IMG/VR virus record: IMGVR_UViG_3300028603_000017
Coordinates: 64,001 to 128,000 of that record
Length of the DNA: 64,000 nucleotides
Origin: a virus
Taxonomy: Duplodnaviria > Caudoviricetes
Direction: 5' to 3' (one strand)
Shown here: piece by piece, positions 36,103 through 46,754 of the stretch
How positions within the stretch are numbered: position 1 is the stretch's first letter
Layout: the number at the start of each line of letters is the position of its first letter
Notes under the pieces: model-generated
What the model was told of the DNA's origin: nothing
Seen by the model: only the letters and a program-made list of their open reading frames with translations
The model's database searches: none
Translations under genes and position numbers: made by a program

Positions 36103-38952
36103 TTAAGACCAGATGATTTGCTGACCATTATAGGAGTAACCAACGATCTTGTATTCAGCTTCACCTTCAGAATTTACTAAGCTAAAACCATTAAACAAAG
36201 ATCCTGGTAAATAAGGATGATGGTGAGGAGTTCTGCTTATCACATCTTTGACAAAGTTTAAAGAAGCCTTATCATGGACATACTCCATATCTGTTAGACT
36301 AATTTCTTCATTGTCATAAATAAAAGCATTAATAGATACTTCATCTTTGGTATAAATAAAAGCATCTAAAGATACACCAAACTGCAAATTAGTATCCATG
36401 TAGGTAGTACTAGCTGTAACTTTATTGGCAAAATACTTAAAAGCATTAGCTGGAGCTGTTCCAGCAAATAGCTTGAACAAGTTACCATCAGAGTCACCAG
36501 CAAAGTAATTGTAAGCATTGAGTACATTCTCACCTAAGTTAGGCAGCATTGCTTCTAATTGACCAGTAAGCAAAGTCCTAATTCTGGCATAGGTTTGATT
36601 AGGAATGAACTTATAGATAAATGAGTCTGTCTTTGGTTTATTAATAATAAACGTTTTAAAGCCAGGTAAATAGTTTTTCATCAAAAGCAGATTCAAATCA
36701 ATCTTGCCTTCTGATGGATCTGGCACAAACAGATTTTGCCAGACATCTTTGATAGACCACTTCTCTTGTTCTGTTAAATCGTTAAACGACTCATATTGAG
36801 GAAAAGCTAAGATATTCGTACTTTCATCAGGATTGACAAAAGTTTGATTAACCATTATTGTACCTAATCTGATAATATAGTTCTTTATGGTCTCTACTTT
36901 ACCAGGCCTGACTTTAACTGGAATATCTATTTCTTGATCTGCTGTTACAGATACATCTGTTTTAGGATCAATACCAATAGGCATTACGGGCACAATAATG
37001 TCTTCATTTTCCTGACTGACAACATTGGTAACGTAAGTATTGATAATCTCAGCTTCGTGATGAGCTATTTGTTTTGTTTTTAAATCATCTACACGAATAG
37101 CTGGCCAGCCTATCTTTCTGATAGTCCTAGAATTAATCTCTGTCAGTATTTGAATAGAATAGCTAGATAACTGCGTTAAAATAGCAGTCATAGCTTTTTG
37201 TAATTCAGACAGTTGTGTTTTGGTATAAAAGTCTCCACCTGTAGCATTCTTAAATATTTCTAGGTGCAAAGCTTCATACATGGCAGTATCGTAATTTGTC
37301 ATTACGATACCCTTAGCAGCTAACCATTGATCGTAAGAGTTATAATAAACACCTTCACGATCATTAATAATTTCTAGCGTATCTATTTCTTTGGTTTCAT
37401 ACAGGTTATCTACAATAGCCTGCATTTGACCACGCTTACCGTGGTTTTGCTCATTGGCTAAATAGATAGTCTGCGCTTTATGAGCAAAGTAAACATCTTT
37501 GACCAAATCACCAAAAGCTTCTACAGAGATATCTGGCAGCTGAGCTACCTTTGTGTCTATAAGCAATTGGATAAGATCATCTGGTACAGTCTCGTTATTA
37601 ACCAATTGTCTTAGATCGTCAACAGTTTGAGTTTCTATTCTGGTGGATCTAAATACACGCAATTTAGGTATTTTATCTAAATTAATACCCATTGACTTAC
37701 AGTAGCAATAAAACCAAAACACATAGCTATCAAAAGCATTTAGTGATCTGTCTACGGAAGTAACAGGATCTTTAAAACTAATAACAGCAGTGTATAGATT
37801 CTCAGAGGAGTTCCTTAACCAATGTCCTAATTTGATTTCGGTTAGGGTATAAGTCTCACTGTCACTATAGTCAACAATAGAAGATTCTAGATCTTTGGTT
37901 AAAACTACGCTAGATAAAGAGTTTTTAAACTTCTTATCTATTTGAGTTTGCGTATCAGCTATATATTCAGGATTACCTACTGTTAATAGTTTTTCTTTAT
38001 TAAGTAGCTCATCCAGATTGATTGTAGGTCTTGCTTTGGTTGTTTGAGAAAATACATCAGTAATACTTCTTCTTCTAAAAGAAGTATTAGAATAATAAGT
38101 AGATTCTAAATATGAGGTATCGTGCCTCATGGTGTATTCAGAAATTGGAATATTGCGCTCTGTCAATAAGCGATCAATTAGCCAATTAAGAATCTTATTC
38201 TTACCAGCATTTCTTTCAATAAAGCAAATGTTTCTATACAGGAACAATCTTTGCTTTAGATTAAGGTGATCTAGATATTGGTCTAGATAACCATGAGATG
38301 CTAAGTATTGCCTAACATGAAAACTGTGAGCTTCTCTTGTTTTACAGGCTTGTAATCTTAAATTCAGAATAAGAGGTATTAAGTGGAGATACATAATACC
38401 TAGATTAGCAGCAGCGTAAAGATCGTGAGCTTCATTGAACTGCTTATTATCCCATCTGAATTTATAGTTCTTAATCCAGTGCTCAATATTGAAAATGAGG
38501 TTTTCTTCATTTTCTTCTACTAAATATTCAGGATAAGCTAATACTGTACCATCTTCTGAATCAATCGCTTTATTAATATCCGCAGGATGCAAACAACCTA
38601 TAATGAATTGTTGCATATCGGGATAATTGGTAATTAACTCACGGTAATAGCGAGAGTTATACTTATAAGCATCTAGTGTTGCTGGGTGATTTATCAATGT
38701 CTGTCTATCAAATGTAATTTTCGATAGATCGTCCAATGATGTGATTTCTATAATAGGATCTGTAGGATGATACTGACCAGAAATATTAAGGTAATATTTC
38801 CATGTCGTTTTATCAAATGGGTCTGGCTCAGTACCATACAGCTCAGTGATTCTATTATTAATAACATCCGCTGAGCGTTCAGATTTTATTACGATTGTGC
38901 TAGCAAGCTCTATTACACTATCAATATATAGTTTGTAGTAATTTTGACTCAC
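36103..38952 (-). CDS. Large virion structural protein (949 aa), head-to-head with portal
   Basis: WKYYLNISGQYH, AHSFHVRQYLASHG, LFLYRNI...RNAGK and QLSSYSIQ motifs recall phiKZ-family baseplate-type proteins. Confidence 0.65.
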   Translation of the reverse strand: MSQNYYKLYIDSVIELASTIVIKSERSADVINNRITELYGTEPDPFDKTTWKYYLNISGQYHPTDPIIEITSLDDLSKITFDRQTLINHPATLDAYKYNSRYYRELITNYPDMQQFIIGCLHPADINKAIDSEDGTVLAYPEYLVEENEENLIFNIEHWIKNYKFRWDNKQFNEAHDLYAAANLGIMYLHLIPLILNLRLQACKTREAHSFHVRQYLASHGYLDQYLDHLNLKQRLFLYRNICFIERNAGKNKILNWLIDRLLTERNIPISEYTMRHDTSYLESTYYSNTSFRRRSITDVFSQTTKARPTINLDELLNKEKLLTVGNPEYIADTQTQIDKKFKNSLSSVVLTKDLESSIVDYSDSETYTLTEIKLGHWLRNSSENLYTAVISFKDPVTSVDRSLNAFDSYVFWFYCYCKSMGINLDKIPKLRVFRSTRIETQTVDDLRQLVNNETVPDDLIQLLIDTKVAQLPDISVEAFGDLVKDVYFAHKAQTIYLANEQNHGKRGQMQAIVDNLYETKEIDTLEIINDREGVYYNSYDQWLAAKGIVMTNYDTAMYEALHLEIFKNATGGDFYTKTQLSELQKAMTAILTQLSSYSIQILTEINSRTIRKIGWPAIRVDDLKTKQIAHHEAEIINTYVTNVVSQENEDIIVPVMPIGIDPKTDVSVTADQEIDIPVKVRPGKVETIKNYIIRLGTIMVNQTFVNPDESTNILAFPQYESFNDLTEQEKWSIKDVWQNLFVPDPSEGKIDLNLLLMKNYLPGFKTFIINKPKTDSFIYKFIPNQTYARIRTLLTGQLEAMLPNLGENVLNAYNYFAGDSDGNLFKLFAGTAPANAFKYFANKVTASTTYMDTNLQFGVSLDAFIYTKDEVSINAFIYDNEEISLTDMEYVHDKASLNFVKDVISRTPHHHPYLPGSLFNGFSLVNSEGEAEYKIVGYSYNGQQIIWS

Positions 38953-38980
38953 AATCTTCTACTCCAAAAGGTTTTCTCAT

Positions 38981-41629
38981 ATGACTTTAAAGAATGTTAT
39001 TTCAGCTGTCAACTCTAAAAAAGCAATACCGCATGTGGATTTAGTTGGTGACAGACCTGAGATTCCTGCCGCTATCAGTAAACTGATACTAGATCCAGAT
39101 AAGTCAGCCAGTTACGATAACAAAGGCAATAGAACAATATCAACAACAACTTCTACTGACTTTGTAGGTATTAGTAACGATATTGCTAATAGAGCCAGAG
39201 ATGCTGAAACTATTGTTGAGCTCTTTCCTGACATGGAATTGAGTGCTCAGATACTTATTTCGTCTATCCTATCTCCTAAGGATATGATGAATACTGAGCT
39301 TAATTTTATTTTGCAACCAGGATTAAAGGTATCAGAAATCTCAGCTCCTTTGATTGCCGAGCTAAAAGAATATTGTACCAAGGACTATAAAATTGAGCCT
39401 TTACTGCCAACAATACTCCGACGTATACTCTTTGAGTCAGGCTCTTACCCTGTGGCTGTAATACCTGAATCCAGTATTGATACAATTATCAATGGTCCTG
39501 CTGTGGCTAAAGAAAGTATTATGACCACACTTTCTAGCTACTCTGATCTAAATACTAAAACATTTAAACCTATTGGTATCTTAGGTCCTAGTGTTAAACA
39601 AGATACTGCATCACCGTCTTTGAAAGCTTCTTTAGAATCATTGGATGGTAACGGTTATCATGATTTGAATAGAACAGATAATACGATTGTCGGATTAGAA
39701 GTATTTGGTAATTTAATACCTAATGCTAAAAACAACACAGTTGTAACAGATAACTATAACTTACTCAAGTTACCGTTTGTTTTTGAGAAGCTAAAAGAAA
39801 AGACAATTAAGAATATAGTCTGTAAAGCTGCTGGTAAAGTTGTTGCTAATGAGAACTTTACCAAACTCACGGATTCTAGTTTAACTAATTTAATTTATAA
39901 GAATCCCAATAGAAACTCTACAAATATCATTAAAATCAAAACCAGTAATGAAACCAGTAGAGAAAATATTGGTGAGCCTTTGGTCATGCATTTACCTAGT
40001 GAAGCAGTTATCCCTGTATTCACACCAGGTAATGAAGAGCAACACGTAGGATATTTTGTTCTTTTAGATATGGAAGGCAATCCTGTTAGTAAAACTAACA
40101 TGGAAGGCGGTTATAATGATTTACAAAAGCGATTAAATTCTCAATCTACCAACATGAGCTCTGGTCTACTACAAAAAGCCAATATGCTCTTTGGTGATGA
40201 TTGTAAGTCTATTACACTGCAACAAGCTTCTCAAATCTATGCTGATATTATTGAAGCTGATCTGTTAGCTAGGTTAAGAAATGGTATCTATGGTAAAAAT
40301 CTCTCATTGGCTAAAAATCAAGAGATTTATAGACTCATGATGGCCAGAGCATTAAAGTCTCAATTTACTCAATTACTTTTTGTACCTATTGAGTTAATGA
40401 CCTATTATGCCTATAAGTTTGACAATCGCGGTATTGGTAAGAGCCTAAATGATGATTTGAGAATCTTAAACAGCATCCGTGCAATGGCTTTGTTTACCAA
40501 ATTAGCTGCTCAACTAAAAAATGCTATTGGTAGAACAGAAGTACAGCTAGAGTTAGATCCTAACGATCCTAGTCCTCAAACTACCATTGAAAAAGCTATT
40601 CACGAAATCACTCGTACCAGACAGCAAAACCTACCATTGGGCATTACTAGTCCCAGTGATTTAGCTGACTGGGTGCAAAAAGCCAATATGCAGTTTTCAT
40701 TTTCTAACCATCCAGGTTTGCCAGAAATGAAAATCAACTTCAATGAAGTCAATACCAACTACGTAGAACCTAGTACTGACTTAGAAGATGATTTGAGAAA
40801 ACGTGCTATTATGGCTGTAGGCTTAAATCCTGAAACTGTTGATAATGGTTTTTCAGCTGAATTTGCTACTACTATTGTAGAAAACAATATTCTGCTGAGT
40901 AAACGTGTATTACAAATTCAAGAAAAGTTCTTACCTTTGGTAACAGATAACATAAGAAAAGTTATCTCTAATGATGGTAGAGCTATTTATAAGCTTAAAG
41001 AAATTGTTTACAATAACTTTGACAAAGTCAAAGCTAACTTAAACGATGTTGAAGTAACAGACGAGAATAAAGACGTTATTGTTGATTTGTTGGTTCAAGA
41101 ATTCTTATCTAACTTTGAAGCAACGCTGCCTAAACCTAACAATATTACACTAGAAAACCAAATGACAGCGTACGATGTTTACGCTGACGCTATTGATAAA
41201 GTGCTGGATAACTTTATCAGCACTAACGTAATGCCCAGTACTTTGGTTGGTGAAGAGCTTAATCAAAAGGTAGAAGAAATTAAAACTGTTGTTAAACACG
41301 CATATCTGCGTAGATTCATGATTGACAACAATATCTTACCAGAACTCTTTGAGATGATGACTTACGATGATAAGGGTCTTCCTCTATTTGATCTGGAAGA
41401 TGTACAAAAGAACCATATTAACGATATGGCTAAAGCTATTATTAAACTATTTGATGCAGCCAAACCTATTGCAGAGGCTGCTACTAAAGATCTACAAAAC
41501 ACAGGTGTTTCTGAAGTAGATAGTACTACATCCACAGAAACCTCCAGTAATTCATCAACAAATGATGAAGATAAATCAGGTGGAGATAGTGATTTAGGTG
41601 GAGACGACTTTAATCTACCAGACTTTTAA
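38981..41629 (+). CDS. Portal protein (phiKZ gp129-like)
   Basis: 882 aa; LFPDMELSAQILISSILSPKDM, LPSEAVIPVF-x-PG, HVGYFVLLD and GIGKSL motifs. Internal A/S/G-x-E processing-type sites. Confidence 0.75.
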   Translation: MTLKNVISAVNSKKAIPHVDLVGDRPEIPAAISKLILDPDKSASYDNKGNRTISTTTSTDFVGISNDIANRARDAETIVELFPDMELSAQILISSILSPKDMMNTELNFILQPGLKVSEISAPLIAELKEYCTKDYKIEPLLPTILRRILFESGSYPVAVIPESSIDTIINGPAVAKESIMTTLSSYSDLNTKTFKPIGILGPSVKQDTASPSLKASLESLDGNGYHDLNRTDNTIVGLEVFGNLIPNAKNNTVVTDNYNLLKLPFVFEKLKEKTIKNIVCKAAGKVVANENFTKLTDSSLTNLIYKNPNRNSTNIIKIKTSNETSRENIGEPLVMHLPSEAVIPVFTPGNEEQHVGYFVLLDMEGNPVSKTNMEGGYNDLQKRLNSQSTNMSSGLLQKANMLFGDDCKSITLQQASQIYADIIEADLLARLRNGIYGKNLSLAKNQEIYRLMMARALKSQFTQLLFVPIELMTYYAYKFDNRGIGKSLNDDLRILNSIRAMALFTKLAAQLKNAIGRTEVQLELDPNDPSPQTTIEKAIHEITRTRQQNLPLGITSPSDLADWVQKANMQFSFSNHPGLPEMKINFNEVNTNYVEPSTDLEDDLRKRAIMAVGLNPETVDNGFSAEFATTIVENNILLSKRVLQIQEKFLPLVTDNIRKVISNDGRAIYKLKEIVYNNFDKVKANLNDVEVTDENKDVIVDLLVQEFLSNFEATLPKPNNITLENQMTAYDVYADAIDKVLDNFISTNVMPSTLVGEELNQKVEEIKTVVKHAYLRRFMIDNNILPELFEMMTYDDKGLPLFDLEDVQKNHINDMAKAIIKLFDAAKPIAEAATKDLQNTGVSEVDSTTSTETSSNSSTNDEDKSGGDSDLGGDDFNLPDF

Positions 41630-41633
41630 GCAG

Positions 41634-41672
41634 CATAGTAGCTACAGGGGTAATCCCCTGTAGCTACCTATG
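41634..41672. terminator. CATA...TATG palindrome 10, convergent junction
   Basis: CATA-GTAGCTACAGGGG-taat-CCCCTGTAGCTAC-c-TATG. Confidence 0.7.
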
Positions 41673-41677
41673 TCGTC

Positions 41678-42310
41678 TTACGTATTTTGGGCTAAGTTCT
41701 TTTGAACAATGAAATCTTCTAGAGCTCTTATCTTTAGTCTAGCTGAAGCTAACTCGTCTTTTAGCTGAGCCAGTTGCATATAAGTTGTATTTTCTATTTC
41801 TATCTTACCTTGTCTCATTGCTTTAATAGCTTCATGATCAGCTGTTTTTACCATAGCAGACTTTGATAGAGACACTACTCTAATATCAGGTCTAATACCT
41901 AAATTAGAGTAAATAACGTCAGATAGAATTTCATTAAGAATAGATAAATCAAACGATTCTTCTATAGGACCCATATCTATAGCATAAGCCATACGTCTGT
42001 AGGGTACACCACCACTATCAGGATAAGCATCTAATTGAGATGACGGAACATAAAGCCAATCAGCTTTTTCGCTATAGAGCCCTACAATAGAGATATCGTT
42101 TTTCTTATCTTCTTCTAAAGTAACTGAAGTCAATCCATAAGGCGTATAGTAAGTAGCCAATACGTCTACGCCAGAGCCAATGAGCTCAGATATCTTTCTT
42201 ATGGATTTACATTGGTAAATAGCTTGTGTATTTACCATCGTTGATATTGGGGTTTTAAATTTATAAACCCCAATAGCATTTAATGCTGGTAAAAATTCAC
42301 TCATATTCAA
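41678..42310 (-). CDS. Conserved hypothetical protein (210 aa) with C-terminal coiled coil
   Basis: Intact ORF coupled by a 4-nt overlap to the upstream structural gene. Confidence 0.65.
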   Translation of the reverse strand: MNMSEFLPALNAIGVYKFKTPISTMVNTQAIYQCKSIRKISELIGSGVDVLATYYTPYGLTSVTLEEDKKNDISIVGLYSEKADWLYVPSSQLDAYPDSGGVPYRRMAYAIDMGPIEESFDLSILNEILSDVIYSNLGIRPDIRVVSLSKSAMVKTADHEAIKAMRQGKIEIENTTYMQLAQLKDELASARLKIRALEDFIVQKNLAQNT

Positions 42311-43608
42311 ACATCATTAGACTTTGCATAGATTAAGAATTGAATACCGTCATGATTTCTAGTAATCCAGGTTTTGTTGTACCTGGTAATACGCCTGGTG
42401 TGGGTAGGTAGCTCTGCATATTGCTCTTCATTTTCAGCAATAATAATCATTTCTTCTAACACAATAGCAAACGCTTGTGTTTTCTTAGACATTCTAGAAA
42501 AGTCTTGACTAGAAGTACCTACGTTAATCAAATCTGGATATACATCTGTTAGTGCATACAAATCGTTGATATTATCTTGACCTGATAGACTGTGAATAGT
42601 CAAAGATCTATATGGCACAGTAAGACATTGCAGATAGTTTTCAACATGCTCAGAATCGATATCGTTATAGAAATCAACCATTTTATTGAGCATTTGCCTA
42701 ACATTAGAGATAGGTGAATAAATACCTGCTTGTGTCGTTCTATCAGGAATAGCTTGCTCTAGCCAAGATGGAATCAGAGTAAACTCTGTGGTCATAAATA
42801 GAGCAGGTAAGGTTTGACGCCATTCTTCTAAAGAAACAACACCTACTTGAGCTAATTGAGCAATAATGTTTTCTTTGATGATATCAGGATTATCACCAGC
42901 TGCGCCATAAACAATAGCGTACCAAGTTACACTAAAAGTCCTATTAGGCTGAAGCAAATTAATAAGCGTATAAGTCTGTGCTCTTAAGATAGTTTCAGGA
43001 TATCCATCTTTTAACTGAGCAATCAGCTCCATTGTCTTGACATGAGTTCTATCGTCTAATGCAGCTTGCGTGACAGAAGGCTCTCTCATCAAATCCATTA
43101 AATCATCAACAGGATTGAGAATAGCTATTTCATAATCGTCATACTGGCGCTTAAACGCTTGATCAGAAAACCATATCTTGATTCTATTGTCGCCACCAGA
43201 TAAAACCGAATTATTCCAAGATATCCATTCAGGCATACTAAGGGTAGCTGTGCTAACCATAGGACCTGTTTCCATATCAAATATCAGATTAGGAAATTGA
43301 TTAAATAGATCATTAGCAATATCTTGGGTTGTTACGTTCTGTCCCATTTGACGAGAATACGTAACAGCTCTGTGTGCTACTTGCAGCACATGCTCACTAT
43401 ATGAAGGAACAACTGCAATTTGTTGATTGTTATTTTGTCTGCTGGTAAAACTGATAAAACTAATACCAGGAGCATAATCTCCCATATAGTACCCTTTCTC
43501 CTTAGAGAAAGTAGCACAGTATGTTGAGAGTTCTCCAATCATGGAAGTAACGCCAACCACATTATTGATTTGATCGTCAATTTTAATAAAACCACTGAGT
43601 TTATACAT
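42307..43608 (-). CDS. Virion structural protein (433 aa)
   Basis: MYKLSGF...IGELSTYCATFSKE and IKIWFSDQAFKRQYD recall a conserved phiKZ-family virion protein near the RNase H gene. Confidence 0.6.
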   Translation of the reverse strand: MYKLSGFIKIDDQINNVVGVTSMIGELSTYCATFSKEKGYYMGDYAPGISFISFTSRQNNNQQIAVVPSYSEHVLQVAHRAVTYSRQMGQNVTTQDIANDLFNQFPNLIFDMETGPMVSTATLSMPEWISWNNSVLSGGDNRIKIWFSDQAFKRQYDDYEIAILNPVDDLMDLMREPSVTQAALDDRTHVKTMELIAQLKDGYPETILRAQTYTLINLLQPNRTFSVTWYAIVYGAAGDNPDIIKENIIAQLAQVGVVSLEEWRQTLPALFMTTEFTLIPSWLEQAIPDRTTQAGIYSPISNVRQMLNKMVDFYNDIDSEHVENYLQCLTVPYRSLTIHSLSGQDNINDLYALTDVYPDLINVGTSSQDFSRMSKKTQAFAIVLEEMIIIAENEEQYAELPTHTRRITRYNKTWITRNHDGIQFLIYAKSNDV

Positions 43609-43678
43609 ATTTTAGCCTTGATATGCTGCTAATCATTTACGATCAATTAGATGAGATCATAAATAATCAAAATGAATT

Positions 43679-43984
43679 ATGCCCTTCGGATCGATAATGT
43701 CTATTATTTCGTTCTTGAAGGAATTGGTATTTGGTAAGAAAAGATACACCAATGATACTATTCCTAATAAGATAAGAAAAACGATTGTATTTGCTATTAT
43801 TGTTATATCTCTTACAGTCAATTATTTTACAGTACCTAAACTATTTACTATCACTAACGCTTATGTTAGGATAAAAGAAGTTAACAAGATACTAGAGCAA
43901 AGACTGCAAGAATCAGAAAAATGTGAACATACACTAGAATCTGTTAAAAGGTGGTTAACCGTTTGTGAAGCTAGAAATCCATAG
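43679..43984 (+). CDS. Small membrane protein with coiled coil (101 aa)
   Basis: TM segment IVFAIIVISLTVNYF followed by a heptad-like helix with two Cys. Confidence 0.6.
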   Translation: MPFGSIMSIISFLKELVFGKKRYTNDTIPNKIRKTIVFAIIVISLTVNYFTVPKLFTITNAYVRIKEVNKILEQRLQESEKCEHTLESVKRWLTVCEARNP

Positions 43985-44039
43985 GGGAAAAATATAAACT
44001 AACACAATTATTTGTCTAAAGATAATATAAATTTCCTCT

Positions 44040-45530
44040 ATGAGCGCTCAAAATACTGAAGAATCTACATACGATAACGCGTCAGATCGCGTTGACGGAA
44101 TGGTCATTTATACCGATGGTGGCTCTAGACCCAATGGTAAATACATGGGTTGGGGTATTCATGGTTATTCTTATAAAGACGTAATACCTAAAAAAGGTAC
44201 AGGCAATCCTACTCATTACCCTAGTAGTTGTGGTTATTTACCCAAATCAGATAAAAAAGAAGGTTCTAGCAAAACAGAAGTCACACCTATCAATTATTTT
44301 GATGGGTATGGCTGTACGCTAGAATATGGCACAAATAACCTAGCTGAGATACTGGCTGCTAAACTAGCTACTGAAAAAGCTATAGATATCAATCCTAAAA
44401 AACTATTGATCAGATCTGATTCTGAATATGTCATTAAAGGATCTACAGACTTTAGTTACCATTGGGTAAAGAACAATTGGAAAAAGCCTGATGGCTCACC
44501 AGTGCCTAATGCACCTTATTGGAAAAAGCTACTAGCTAACTATGATGTCCTCAGAAATAATGGATGCGATATTAAGATAGAGTGGGTTAAAGGTCACTCT
44601 GATTTCTTAGGCAATCAAATTGCTGATAGATTAGCCACTGTTGGTGTGATGGGTTCTACCAACTTAGATAGCAAAGAACAAGTTGATATTTCTCCAGCTG
44701 AAGGCTATTGGAAGAACACTGTTAATAAGCATCCTTTCTTTTGCTTTAAGACATGTTACTTTACGACTTTATCCAAAGGTCAAAATAAAGGTGAATACTT
44801 TATTGGTGAGCAAGATAAAGACGTTGAATTTATTGGTAAAAGAAAATCGGATGGATCTTACGCAGTCTTTTATCTGAAAGAGCCTGAGCCTATTGTTGAT
44901 TTGGTTAGAAAGTATCAGACTGAATTAACAGGGGATTTTGATAATATTTGTCTATTAAGACTAAACTATCTATTTACACACCACGTCTATACTTTCATTG
45001 AAAAGTATGGTAAAAATGCTATCGTTAAGAAATTTAACGATAAGATAGATTTGTGGACTACTGACAAAGAGCCTTTAACCAAAGAGTTAGTTCCTCCACG
45101 TATTGCTCAGAGATCTATTGATGCTCTGAGCAATATCAAAGATATCTTACTAAAATATAAAGCTGGAACATTAGAGGTAGGTAAATACAACATTGTTAAT
45201 CTTAACCATATCTTTTACGAAACGAAAGAAACTGTTAAGAAAAAAGAAACAATAACGACTACTCATCTAAAATCTAGTATTGGTTCTGGATTTAATAGCT
45301 TTAATGTAGATATCGATATTGGTGGTAAGTTTTATAAGGTAATTCTCAGCTTAGGTATTGATTTGCCTAATAGAAATACTTTAAAAGCTTTAGAAGACAA
45401 TAGTATCAAAATCAATTTAATATGGTGGTATGATTCAGATAAAGTCATTCGATACGCTACCATTATTGAATACAAAGAAGATTACGGTATTTGGGCAGGT
45501 TACTACTCCAATATGGTCTTTTTAGATTAA
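44040..45530 (+). CDS. rnhA: RNase HI with long C-terminal extension (phiKZ gp155-like)
   Basis: IYTDGG, TNNLAEILA, IRSDSEYVIKG, W-x-x-N-x-WK and WVKGHS...GNQIADRLA: the full RNase HI catalytic set. Confidence 0.93.
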   Translation: MSAQNTEESTYDNASDRVDGMVIYTDGGSRPNGKYMGWGIHGYSYKDVIPKKGTGNPTHYPSSCGYLPKSDKKEGSSKTEVTPINYFDGYGCTLEYGTNNLAEILAAKLATEKAIDINPKKLLIRSDSEYVIKGSTDFSYHWVKNNWKKPDGSPVPNAPYWKKLLANYDVLRNNGCDIKIEWVKGHSDFLGNQIADRLATVGVMGSTNLDSKEQVDISPAEGYWKNTVNKHPFFCFKTCYFTTLSKGQNKGEYFIGEQDKDVEFIGKRKSDGSYAVFYLKEPEPIVDLVRKYQTELTGDFDNICLLRLNYLFTHHVYTFIEKYGKNAIVKKFNDKIDLWTTDKEPLTKELVPPRIAQRSIDALSNIKDILLKYKAGTLEVGKYNIVNLNHIFYETKETVKKKETITTTHLKSSIGSGFNSFNVDIDIGGKFYKVILSLGIDLPNRNTLKALEDNSIKINLIWWYDSDKVIRYATIIEYKEDYGIWAGYYSNMVFLD

Positions 45531-45663
45531 AATCCAAATGGTATAGATTTTACAATCTTGTTACATAGCTAGTAACCTTTTGTAAAGATCTTACTGTTTT
45601 TATTTCTTACTAACACTTACTGTTAATGAAAAAAGACTACTTCAAAATGGAAGGAGCCTTATC

Positions 45664-46134
45664 ATGAACACCGAACATCCATCAAAACAGCGCAAACCTA
45701 AGATGGTAGGTAAATTGCTCACTAAGGTACTATTTAAGCTACCTAATAGAACAAAGCGTTTGATATTTGTAAGTTCATTTTTAGCTCATATCCAAAATTG
45801 TAACTCAACAGACAAAGCAATTATCTCTAAACTAAACACATTACTGCATCTGAGCAGTGATGATAAAGCACTCGTGTGGCCTATGCAGCTACATGAAAAG
45901 ATTTGGGGTGATATTAAAATAGAGAAGATTTTACATGATAAAGGTATCGAAATATCTGATATCGACAAAATAGCTCATGTACAATTCATGTCTCGTAAAG
46001 TACGCCTGTTAAGCGAAGATATCGTTAAAGCCATGCCTGAATGGCTAAAATACGATAGCAATACTCGCATGAGAGGGGATATAATGAAACTATTCAATAA
46101 TCTTGGAGATATCCTGCAACCTACCGCAGCCTAA
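45664..46134 (+). CDS. Hypothetical basic protein (156 aa)
   Basis: AAGGAG RBS; intact ORF ending before palindrome 11. Confidence 0.7.
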   Translation: MNTEHPSKQRKPKMVGKLLTKVLFKLPNRTKRLIFVSSFLAHIQNCNSTDKAIISKLNTLLHLSSDDKALVWPMQLHEKIWGDIKIEKILHDKGIEISDIDKIAHVQFMSRKVRLLSEDIVKAMPEWLKYDSNTRMRGDIMKLFNNLGDILQPTAA

Positions 46135-46156
46135 TTCTTATCGTAAACAACAGCGA

Positions 46157-46195
46157 CATAGCTCCAGTACTGGCTAGCCAGTACTGGAGTGTATG
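46157..46195. terminator. CATA...TATG palindrome 11, convergent junction
   Basis: CATA-g-CTCCAGTACTGGCT|AGCCAGTACTGGAG-tg-TATG. Confidence 0.7.
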
Positions 46196-46202
46196 CTGCT
46201 AA

Positions 46203-46754
46203 TTACTTTTTAGCTTTAACTTCTTCTAGCTTTGCTTTGATAGCTTCAAGACCAGTGTTGAGTTTACTTGAGAATTTCTTAAGATCTTCACCTAAGTTCT
46301 CTAGTGTAGGATAATGCTTAGAGTCTTTGTTGATAGAGTGTTTCTTACAAATAGCTTCTACACCAATCTTTACGAAGTCAGCATAGGCTTCTTGAGCCAA
46401 CTTTGCGTCATGAGCTTTTTCTACAGCCGCTTGCAAAGCTTCAAGAGCAGCAATAGATTCTAGACCTGAAGAGATCTCTTGTTCGTAAAATTGCTTCTCA
46501 GCATCACCTTCGTCTTGATTGTCAACAATTACGCCAGCACCTACTACATCAACACTACCAGTTTCTTGTTCAACATCACCAACAATTTTAGAATCGATAA
46601 TGGTGTCGGTAGCAGGAGCTGTCTCATCAACAACGGTTGTACTAGTCTCTACAGGTGCTTCGCTAGTAGCGACGGTAGACTCTTCGTTAGGTTTTACTTC
46701 TTCTTCGATTTGCTCTAAAGAAGCTTGGATATTAAAACGTTTAGCGAAACTCAT
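46203..46754 (-). CDS. Acidic internal-head-family protein made mostly of the propeptide-like region (183 aa)
   Basis: Many A/S/G-x-E motifs (SLE, GLE, ALE, AVE, AQE, GVE, GLE); gap-free similarity to the N-terminal region of the gene at 2..1093. Confidence 0.55.
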   Translation of the reverse strand: MSFAKRFNIQASLEQIEEEVKPNEESTVATSEAPVETSTTVVDETAPATDTIIDSKIVGDVEQETGSVDVVGAGVIVDNQDEGDAEKQFYEQEISSGLESIAALEALQAAVEKAHDAKLAQEAYADFVKIGVEAICKKHSINKDSKHYPTLENLGEDLKKFSSKLNTGLEAIKAKLEEVKAKK

